A stretch of DNA of 64,000 nt from Tubiluchus corallicola (lineage: Eukaryota > Animalia > Priapulida): assembly GCA_030141605.1 (NCBI GenBank), contig JAQGDQ010000011.1, positions 1 through 64,000 of the forward strand, written 5' to 3'. Shown here one piece after another: positions 45,501 to 57,500 of the stretch. Position 1 is the first letter of the stretch. Every line of letters begins with the position of its first letter. Under the pieces are notes generated by a model. The model saw only the letters and a program-made list of their open reading frames with translations, was not told the DNA's origin and made no database searches. A program made the translations under genes and the position numbers.

Positions 45501-48500
45501 AAAACACCACACTTTTTTACAGAGCTGCTGCTGTCATTATTAGTGGTAATTTTTTTCAAACATACACCAATTTATGTAGGCAGAGCCTACCTTATAGAAC
45601 ATTATAGGCTAATTATGTGTTTAACAGAAGCGAAATAGGTAATGAATAAGCAGACCAGTAGAAAAGAAATTGATGTAGTAAGTTTTGATGTTGAAAGTCT
45701 CTTTGCTAACATTCCACTTGATGAAACCATCAACATCTATATTCGTTCTGGTTTTAATAATACTGTTCTTGTTAGTAATCTTAACTCAAACCATTTATGC
45801 CATTTATTGTAAGTTTTTGTAAAAAACGTACAATTTCTGTTTAATAATGTTTTATACATGAACAAATTCAAGGAGTTGGTATGGGCTTACCATTATGACC
45901 TGTTTGGACATGCTCAAGTGTTTGTGTCTTTAGAAAAAATTTGTTTAACAATTGTCATAACGAATTTAAACCAATCTTCTATAGGTGTTATGTAGATGAC
46001 ACTGTTTTATTGTTTGTTCATGTATCACATACCTTTGTTTTTCGATTATTTAAATACAGCAGTAGCTCTGTTGAAACGTTTGACATGATTTTTTAACTAT
46101 GTAAATTAAAAGTTTTAATAAAGTTGTGGTGTTTTAACTATAAATGTTTTAATTGCCTGTAATAAAAAAATAACTTTGTTAGTTTCTTTTCTACAGGTCT
46201 GCTTAATCAATTTGGCTTTTTGTAAATACATAATTAGTCCAATGCCGTGACCAGTAGGGACCATGCAGATCAGTTGGGTTTGGGCTGGTAATCCAAGGTT
46301 TGTGGTCCTAATCCAACCCTGATCAGTCACAGTTTTTTACATTTCCACGTTTCGGTTAAAGGAGAAAGAGATTTACAAAATTGGAAAATAAAATCTTGGT
46401 AATTTAAAATGTTTGCACCACGTGATAAAACGGCACTACATCGCCATCCCAGTGTACATCACTGATTCACCAAAAAACACACTATTGGTCTTATTGACAA
46501 TATAAAGTAATTTATAGTTTTGCTTAGTTAGCTAAGTGTACGCTAGGAATACTCTGATTATTTTTTCAAATTTTGCACTATGTTATTTAAACTTGTTTCA
46601 AACGGCTTGCCATTAAAATGGCTGCAACTACGGTCATGGTGGGACTTTAAATTTAGTTTAAAAAAGAACTAATAATTGTGGACAGGTATTCTTACAGTAT
46701 TATTGCAATTGACTACTTTATTCAATCGTATTTGATTATACTGAATGCATATTGCACTATTTATACTAAATAATACCTAGCTTGTTTATTGCATCTTTGC
46801 AACAAATTCGACAACTATCTTGACATTATGTGAACGTGTAAAATTTGCTCTTGTTTTTTGTTTGCCCACCGTACAATACAGCGCCTCGTGCCCTTGATTT
46901 TGTAAATGTTACATCATAATAATGTCCTTAATCACCTCGCCTGAACGTATTAATAGCGCTCACGTATATTGTTGTTGCTTTAGAAAACGGACATGAAATT
47001 TATCAGTTTGTACAGTTTGGTATGCATGAGCACAATGTCATTTGCAGGGTCAATTGGTTATTAATTTGAATGTCTGATTGTAGACTCGTTCTTTTCCACC
47101 AGGAGAAATTGGGAAGAAAGGTTTGCAAATGTTATTTATTTTCTGTCAGGCTTAGGCTAATGTCGTGCAAGCAGATCAGTTTGATCATCAGATAGGTTTT
47201 GGGTGAGAGGTGGCATAGGTTCGGGGTCTTACGTGAAAAAGATACAAAATGAGCTTAGATAATGATCTCATGAAAAATTTTGGCTTCAAAAAGATGATGT
47301 TATTTTAGCTGATGACATGACCAATAGATACAAGTTGTCCTGTGAACATTTTTTGCCATGGAAAGCAGTCATAATGACACAAATGTGCAAGTAGAGTTAT
47401 CTAATCTGATTCGAAAAGCCTTATAATGATAAAAACGCGTATTAATGGTTACTCTTTGCTATATTTCTGCAGTGTTGGGCTACCAAAGGCAGATTATGAT
47501 CGCAGAATAAGTCTTTTCACGGTTTCATTGTGCGCAGGCACAGTCACTGTAGGTCAGAGGTTAAGTGTACCACAGCAATGCGTCTTAATTACAACCGTGT
47601 GGATAAAGCAAAGCCATATGCTGCATCAGTTCAGTAAATTCAGTTGGTTTATGTAGTCATCACTTAATTATGCATAATCTATGCATAGAGTGATTTACTA
47701 GTAGATTCTTGCCTGGGAACCAAAAAAATGAAGGTTTTAGCTAGCTGTTAAAACTGGTAATATTACAGCAGCATGGGCTGGGAGGCGTTGTCAACTGTAC
47801 ACAAATGTGTTGTCTGGTACACTTAACCCTTAACCTTTTCACAATCATCATCAATTGCTGGAACTATGACAAGGCTTGTTAATTAAAAATAACTTGGTAG
47901 AGGATGTAAGAATGTAAACACTTCATTTTTTATTTTAATGAGACACGATTACTTTCTAAATGTTGACAGTAACGTAAGGTGAAAATATGTTATGGAATTG
48001 GTAGTCTGATTGTGTGGTTACTCAACATGGCATGGAAACTTCTTCTTTGTCCAGCATGTTTTATCTAGCCAAATTACAATGTGGTTTATGTAGCCAAGCA
48101 GGGCAGTTCAGTGAAACCATCGTCACAGTTTGTCCACTAACTATTTATGCATTCCCTGGAACCAAGGATCATTGCCTTATAACAGACTTAAATGATTCTT
48201 TGCCAAGCATAAAGCATAAAACTGATATTTCTTGATATTTGTTATTATTATTATTTAATTATTTATTTTTTGTTCTTTCACTATAAATGCATGTGTACTC
48301 AAAGTTGTTTTGCATATTTTCCAGTATGTGGCAGCATCGATATTAGGAATAGCGTGGACAACTTTGAACCCAAGTTACGTAATTGCACCATCATAGATGG
48401 ATATCTGCACATAGTTCTTATAGCAAGAGGACGACCGGAGACGTATCTGCAGTATTCCTATCCAGAACTGCGCGAAATAAACGGGTATTTTTTACTATAT

Positions 48501-51500
48501 CGTGCCAGTGGTTTAACTGGACTCCGTCATCTGTTCCCGAATTTGGCCGTCATTCGGGGACGAGATTTGTTCTACGATTACGCATTCGTCGTGTATGAGA
48601 TGTTTGACCTGGTGGATATTGCTCTGCCGAGCTTGACGAATATCCTCCGCGGAGGAGTACGAATCGAGAAAAACCCGGCACTGTGTTACGTGTCGACGAT
48701 TGACTGGCGAAGGCTGATGGCTGGACCTCAGGAAGATAATTTCATCCTGGAAAACAAGGGACCAGACTGTTTAAACATTTGTCCTAAACTGAGCGAGGAA
48801 GAGTCGTGTAAGAATTGTTGGTCAAAAGACAATTGCCAAGCTGGTGAGTATTTTTAAAAATTTTTCAATGAGTGTTATGATAGTTTTACGGCACTTTCAG
48901 ACTAGCAAGTTGTCTTGCCATGCAACTCGTAAGCGTATTCAGACTAGAGAGCAAAACTTACTGCTAGTTACTCTCCAACAGTTACTCTCCAACAAGGCAT
49001 TCACACTGGACAGTAAATCAGCTCACAATAATGGTTGGAGAGTTTGCAATGACTTGCCGACAGTGACTCGCAAAGCAGTTCACACTTGATGTGATGTGAG
49101 TTTGATGTGAGAGAGAAAACTTGTGACAGAAAACTCGTAAGACTTTTCATGACAATCTTGTGGCTTACCATGTATTTTGTGAAAACAATGAAAACCATTT
49201 TTTATACTACCAAACGACTTTTTAATGTTTTCATCAAAAAAAATCAGGAAAAAAGACCAAGACTTGAATCAATGTGAGGCACTTAATGTCAGAAGTTAGA
49301 GGAATTACGCTGGCGAGTTTCCTGTCAGAGAAAAAGCTCACAATAGACAACTCACTAATCTGAAAGTGCCGTTGGACTCGTTTTAAGACAGGGTTGCAGA
49401 GTCAGAGTTGGAAAATGACTCCAAATGTCAGCTTAGAACAATGCAATTTTAAGACAGTGTAGCCATGAAAAAGCACAGTGTAAAAATGAGAATCCACAAT
49501 TAGTTGATTAAGATATTCCTACGTTTTTGGAAGATGTCGCTCAAGTCATCTACAATACGAATATGTAAAGAAATAATCCTTCATTATACGCTGGACTGAA
49601 TGAACACTCATACTGTGATACTTCACATCAGAGAATGTTCGCATTTTGACATTACTTCACAAAATTAACAAATATTACTGTAATTTATTTTAATTTATGT
49701 GAGATTAAGTTAAAAGTTATATATTACCGGTAAATAAACTAGCGACAAAGCACTCGATCAGAACACGGAAATCGCCAATGTTGTGCAGGTGCTGTCGGCT
49801 TTCGCAGGAAGTTTTTAAAAATTCGGCCATCATTCACGCCTGTGATTTTTTAGAAATAGTACCTTATGACGATTTGTGTTGAAAGAGGGACTGCATGCAT
49901 AATTAATAAGGTCGGACTTATAGGAATATGGGAGCAAGAACGATCTTCAGATTGATACCAACTGTTGAAAATCTAGAGTAAATACCCATAAACGGAATTG
50001 ATATTACTCTGGAAGATCTTAATATTTTATAGTCCACTTATACACAGGTAATACATAAAATGTTGCAATTTCTGGTCTTAAAATGCACATCGACTTGTAC
50101 ATGAGGTCGACTTCTACACATATATACGGTAATCTGGTTGCCCAAGAAGCATCTGAAAGGTAAATTGCAAAAAGCTTTTCACAAGTATGCCACCATGTTG
50201 GACATTCTTGCTGACGCGTGCCAGATTTGAGCTGCACCCCTTGCTCGTGCAAGGAATGAATGAACTATTAATTTTAAAAAATAAAAATGCAGAAGAAAAC
50301 AGACGAAATACAAATATGTCTAAGTAAAATGTAATCAGTTAGTATTTCGATATTATTCGTTAGTATTTCAATACTAGTTTAATTGAATTTCTATGATAAT
50401 ATAATCGGGTTAGAGTTAGGCAACTAATTTCTTCATATTAGTTTGTCCTATGTCGTATGGACAGTTAAACGGTTAGGCGACCGCAATTAATAACATTTAA
50501 ATGGTGTAATTAAAAAGCTTAAAGGACAAGAAAAGGGGTACCTGAAGTAGGTTTCAGAAAAACTGCCTTAAATTATATTACTTTATAGCAATTTTATGCA
50601 TATATCGTACTCGCACTGAAAGGAATTTTAGTTTGTTTTCATTTTAAATCTATCTCAATACTGTTCCGAAGTCACGATTACATGACGTCATGTACCAAAC
50701 GTAAATCGAGGGAAGAAAAGGCAATGTTAAATTATGTCTCAAAAAACTTTCCATGCAAATCTATATTACTTAGCTTTTCGCTTACCTGCTAGAAAGACTT
50801 ATGTAACTAGAAAAGAAAGTTATTAATTATTTAAAATGTTTTCACCAATTGGTAAAATGTCGCTGACTCGCCCTCCAGGGTGCACCACTGACTAACCAAA
50901 AACGTATTTTTAATCTTATCGACAAGATACAGTAATTTAAATTTTATTTAGTTAGTGACTTGTGAGCTACAAATACTCTGATTATTTTTTCAAACTTTAC
51001 AAAATGTTATCTAAATGTGTTTCAAATGACCTGTCGTGAAAATGGCCGCGTCTAACTGTCATCGCGGGAGTTTAAATTTACATGTTTTGCACAACATGAC
51101 TGTCAATTGAAGTCCTGCATGCAAAAAGGCAGTATGTAAGTGATATAAAATTTCAAAACGATTTTTTAAGCTTTATGTTTATGAAGGGTTTTCTTGTGCT
51201 TTAACCATCTCAGTCCTAACTAGAAATACCGGTTATAAAACCCACCAGAATTGGTTGAGTCTCGTTAATAAAATTCCCAAGTTAGAAAGGGAAGTTTTTA
51301 AAACTCTTTGAATTGGTGCTGACAGGCTTTTGGGACTGACTTCATAGAGTCTTCACATTTCTAGCAATAGCTGCCCTTTCATGAAGTTTATTGCTTTATG
51401 CACTTTGTATGTCAGGCTTCATGATTGTATTTGGAAAATTTCCACATTCATGAGCCATTTGAATTGAAGCTAAGCCATAGACTAGTCTGATTAGTGATTA

Positions 51501-54500
51501 TAATATGTGTGTGTACTAAATCACATTTTATCATTTTAGTACAAATAAATAAATAAATGTGTTTTCAAAATTCAATGGATGATAGTGTTATTTGAATGAA
51601 GGTTTTAGGGGAAGTTCTTGGATTGATGCACAGTGCAGAGTGGTAGTTTATGTGTTATGTGAAACATTACTTTATATGTATCATTAATAATAGTACCAAT
51701 AGCCCTTCGTGGTGATGCAACAAATTGGTGTTATGGACGAACGCCTAATAAATTGGAGAACATTTCTTTTAATAAGACGTACATGTATACTAAACTGCTA
51801 AGTAGGGCCTCTTTACCCTTTGAAAAACAAAAAAACACAAGACAAAACAGAACTTTTTTGTTCTTCTTTGTGTGCCATAACTTTCTACCACATTTAGTGA
51901 TATTTGCTGCACTGATGTCAGAACATTTTTGGTTGCCCTTTTTGTAATTAATATTAATATTGTATATTTAAGAGAATGTATTTGTTTTGTTAAATTTGCT
52001 TAACATCATTTCTACATTTCTGACCAGATTTTAGTGACTGCAACTATGAGACCGGTGGAGGAAAGTGTTCGTCTGGCCTCTGCAACCATACGCTCGGCAT
52101 CTGTTGCCATAAGGAGTGCCTTGGTGGATGTACCGGTGAATACAACAATCAATGCTTCGCTTGCCGCCACGTGCTGGACTCTGACGGACATTGTGTGGGA
52201 AAGTGCCCGCGCGAGACTTACGAGGCACGTAAATATGTAATTTAATTAATTATCTACTGTCTTAGTTTCAAGATTGTTATGAATAATGGAACAGCCACAC
52301 ATTTATTAAGTTTTTGAATCAAAAGGTCTTTGGTTGCTGGTTAATTAAGAAAAATTGGAGTAGTTCTTATGAAGTAACACTTTTCTGACCGACTTTTTAC
52401 TATATAGTTTGCAATCTTACTCAGATTTACCTATGAAAACTCCTAAGAACGTGTTATCATCTAGATAGTTTGATTTTTTATGACCTGTCCTTGTTTCCTT
52501 TACACTGTTGTTGTTGTTATTATACTGTACTCTACTGTATTTCTAATTTTATAGGTCTTTGTGCTTACATGAAACTTTCTGATGTATCTAACAGCATTAC
52601 ATAAACGTGTTTGTTTCTATTTTAGTTGAACGGAATTCGATGTGTGGCCGAGCAAGAGTGCTACAACATTTCACATTCGGGTTCCTCGAAGCGTGCACGT
52701 AAGACCTGGAAGGTTCACAAAGGCATGTGCCTTCCGGAATGTCCAGACAAATACCGAGAAGACGAGAATGACAGTCATAGGTGCATTGTCTGCAAGACAG
52801 CATGTCCAAAAAGTAAGTATCGTACACAGCTTTGTTGAATCACTTTTACGACTTGGTTTTTTCTTCGGAATTCTCACGTGTTCTTTGTGGAAATAGGTGC
52901 ATATTAAGCTTTCTGGACCAGTTTTTACCCTACAGCAGTTTCTGTGCCAACATTTTTCAATTTGTCATTTATACATTCCAAAGGTCAAAGCAATAGTTTG
53001 CTTGCCTTCCAATACGAGCTTGTTTTACAAAATGCTAGTGGGTACTATCGGTTACTTTTATACTGTACCCTTAATTGGTGCTGTAAAAATCTGTGTATGG
53101 CAGCCATCCAAGAATAAAAGGCAAAACCACTGACAAACTGTGACATAATATTTACGAAAGTTTATTCCTTTGTTAGTTCAAACTACTAGGCCTTACCATG
53201 CCATAAAATACTCTTGAATACAAGAAGACATTTCAAAGCATTTTCTACTGCACTGTTTTCAAAATGTTAAAATCATTTTATAAATTTCTTAATAGCAATT
53301 TTGTTTTATTGTGCGTTATTTTTGGTTGTTAAATATGAAGTAAAAGCATTTCTAAGTTTAATGTGTTTCCTGCATAGTTTATTGACTATAAAGTTTTTAT
53401 AAATTTGTAAATAATACAGTTCAAATGAAGTTCTATTCCATTAGAGCAATTTCATAAACATAAAACACCTGAAAGTTTATCAAAGTATGCAAAGTGTAAT
53501 CATACACCATACATCAGTAAACTTTTTCACAGTTAAAAAAATGAACTGTTTACATTCTTACATCCTGTACCAAGTTATTTTTAATTAATAAACTTTGTCA
53601 TAGTTCCAGCAATTGATGATGATTGTGAAAAGGTTAAGGGTCAAGTGTACCAGCCAATGCATTTGTGTACACTTGACAACACTTTGCAGTCCATGCTGTT
53701 GTAATATTACCAGTTTTAACAGCTAGCTAAAACCTTAATTTTTTTTGGTTCCCAGGCAAGAATCTGCTAGTAAATCACTGTATGCATAGATTATGCATAA
53801 TTAAGTAATGTCTACATAAACCAACTGAAGTTACTGAACTGATGCAGCATATGGCTTTGCTTTATCCAAACGGTTGTAGTTAAGACGCATTGCTGTGGTC
53901 CTTTGACCTGACACTTAACCTTTGACCTACCTCAACTGCGTGTGTGCACAACAAAACTGCGAAAAGGCTTATTGCCATTTATCCAAACAAATCCGTTTGA
54001 ACATTAATCTTAGAGGCAGCTTGCCAAAAAATGTCAAGTTTTACTTCTTTTTCAGTTTGCCCTTCGGTTTATATTGATAGCTTGGATGCGGCACAGAGGG
54101 TACGGGGCTGCACGATCATCGACGGTCACTTGGATATTCAGATCCATACAAACAGATCCGGAAGTAAGTTGTATAAATAATTTGCATTTTGAAAGGGAAG
54201 AAAGAGAAATTTTATTTTAAAGTATATCTTAAAAAAATTTCTTACAAAATTATGTTACCTAGCATTACTTGTAGCTGTTTGAAAGACTTGGCTAACTGAA
54301 GAACAAAATTCTTAATACGTTTAAAGTATATTTCAGAAAACTCCTTTCAAAGTTATATTACTTTGGTAAAACCTGGTGAAACGGCACTGCATTTCTATTG
54401 TGCATTCCCAGTGTGCACCACTCTTCACAAAAAAACACATTATTGGTTTTATTAACAATATAAAGTACTTTATGCTTTTGATTAGTTTGTGAAGTGTACT

Positions 54501-57500
54501 ACGAATGTTCTGATTATTTTTTCAAACTTTACGCAATGTGATTTAAAAACGACATACCATTCAAAAGGTTGCACCTAACATTCATTGCTGGAGTTTAAAT
54601 TTTCAAGTTTTACACAACGTTGCTGTTAATACAATAAGACAGCATGTAGGTCATACAAAATATCAAGACTAATTGTTTAGCTCAAGAACAGTGCAAGAAC
54701 AGTGTTTGCTTATCCTGTAAGATTTTCAGTTTAAGGTAGTTCATTTAAATCCTAAAATGGTTAGCCTCTTATCAATGGCAGTTCTTTTTTGTTTACATTC
54801 ATAAGTTATGTTTGCTGGCTTTAATCGAATCTTGATCATTTGTATTTGCAGAGACAATTATCAAGGCACTGGAAGAAAACCTGCAACACGTTCACACAGT
54901 GAAACACTACGTAAAGGTCGCCCGGTCTCATCTTCTGCTGTCACTTGATTTCTTAAAGAATTTGCGCGTCATAGAAGGATATTCAGGAAATACCAAGCGT
55001 CTGATGGATGAGCAGTAAGTGACTTTACCTGTCTATGCATGGTTATTGTAAACACAAATATAGTAAGTCTTTAAAGTTTTAATTGAAAGCAGTGCTCGTA
55101 TGATGAGGTCGGTCGTAAAAATAATTTAAGTTTCTGTCTTACCTCATGAGCTCAAAAGATGTAAGTATTAGGGAGGAAAAACATAGAAGCTTTGTGAATA
55201 TTTAATGCTGGATACGATAATCAGCAGCAAACAGGACAGCAACCCTGTCCCAGAGTTACCCTTAGAATAACATAGCCGCACCTCACTGAAACAATGATGT
55301 TATAATAATTATTGCATTTTATCTTTTAAATTAAAAAATATGCTTTTGTATTACTGCGTCATGTAAATACATGAACGTACAAAAAAAATTATGAAATTCT
55401 TGGCCAGGTGTACGATAAATAAATATTACCCGTCGATTAGACATAAGCAAAGTATTTTTATTGTCGGCCTGACAGAGTTAAGTACTTGTAGTTGTGCTTA
55501 CGTACAAAACAACGTAAGTAGTTGTGCACGTTCGTATTGCTTTTTAGACTCGTCTGTGTTTTAATTCTCTACTTAAATTTTGGTATCACCCATCGCCTAA
55601 TATCCTGTCTGACTTAACGATTGCATGTGCTTATGTTGTTAAAGTATGGTAATTGAAGTATGCAGATTCTGAGAACCATTCACATATTAGTCACATCGTC
55701 TTTTTAGAAGAAAATTTTAATTAAGAATGAGTGATGTTGTCAATAAAAAACATGTTTTTAATGGACATTTTGAACTGAAAACCTTTGTGTTAAAGCATTG
55801 GAACCTGCATAATTTCAATTTGTGTTGTTGTTTTGCTGTAATTTTATCAAAACACTTGCGACGCTGTCTGATTTTGTTTTTATTTTTTATCAGATATGCA
55901 CTGTATCTCTTGGACAACGGTAACCTGGAACAGCTTTGGAACATCACGACTCCTTTGCAAATCAAACATGGTAAAATGTTTCTCCACTACAATCCCAACT
56001 TGTGTCTTAGCGAGATCGACAGGTTCAAGAAGGGGGTCCAATTTGGTGAGAAAGTGAACCATACAGACACGGACATTTCAAGAACATCGAACGGAGATAA
56101 AGTGGCATGTAAGTACTAATCTGATTCGCACAATATATATGCGATATCATCGTCGTCATCCTTGGCATGTTAAGCATCATCATCCTCATCATCGTAATCA
56201 GTCTAATTGTCATAATTATCATCATGTTATAGTCATTATCATTATCCTCATCATCGTTATCAATTTAATTGTCATCATTATAATCATGTTATTGTCATTG
56301 TTATCTTCAGCGTCATTGTTGTTGTCATTATCGTCATCACCATCATTATCATCATCTCTTGTTTCTGACGCTCATTTTAAGCCAACAAAGCCTAATTATT
56401 TTTAAAGAAATTTGCCTGGAATTATTGTGAAGGTGGACGTTTAAATACCAAATTAATGATGAGAGTTGTAAGATACAAAACTCTTAAGTTGTTGCGTTGA
56501 AGCCAGTTGGAGTAATCTAAACATCAATAATGTCAGAGATCTAAAAAACATGTTGTTAGAGATCTGCATAAATCCTCCATCTTTATTTTGGTCCTATTGG
56601 ACAAACACTCACTTTTTGGCCACCTAGATTTTAGAAACTTGATTAAGGGAAAGTCTTGAAAATTAGGATTGTAATTTCATGTATTATTATTGTTAATAAC
56701 TAAGGTAAGCAGGTGTATTTTGTATACACTTGATTTGAAATTTTCCTTTCATTTGATTTGGAGTGTTTAAAACTATGCTCGAGTCACGCTTTGTATCGAG
56801 TTACAAGCTTTTTAGAGAACCCGTTGAGCAAACCTTTACAAAACCATATCCACAAATTAATGTGAACCTGTTTTGCCTTAGCCTTTGTTTAGCCTTTTGT
56901 TCATGTTGTGACATCGCCTGTTCATTTTCAGCATCACTGAGTAGTTTTAAGTGGAAATTGCTGCAAATGTTTTTTTTTAAAGTTGATGTACTGTAATTTT
57001 GGACACTTGAACTTACACTTGATTTCCTTATTACATATCCCACGGGTAGCATAATGTTTATTTGTTGGATCTACACTAAAAATCGCCTAACTATGATTTC
57101 ACTTGGCTCTAAATTTTAGCAGATTTTTGCGGCAATAACTCTGTATTTGCACCCTACTTGCTGCAAGGAACCTCAACGATATAGCATGGCACCGTAAAGA
57201 TTAAACAATACTTTCTGAATTTCTAAATTTCTGGAGATGTTAATGGAAATTCTTTAAAAAAAATACAGGCTATTTGGGTAATTACATTGTTATGTATTTT
57301 TCCCCAAACAAATTTTTCATAATCTCATAGTTTACTGACTTTACTCGTAGAATAATAGAAATACCAGCTATGCAAGATCCGACGAACATTTCTGCCAGGT
57401 CTGTACCCGGCACATCCACAATTGTAAATCATATGAAATGTTAATTGACTCACATTCCTGAGTTGTTTTGGTGACCATTTGGGCACAAAATGGTAATCTG

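Noticed and set aside
52034-52240. ORF-track frames over the CR exon
   Set aside because: Wrong frames; the true frame (DFSDCNYE...[10 protein letters not shown]) starts at acceptor 52028.
55095-55155. ATGATGA box C with flanking complementarity (possible snoRNA)
   Set aside because: No suitably placed box D (CTGA) and no recognisable guide.
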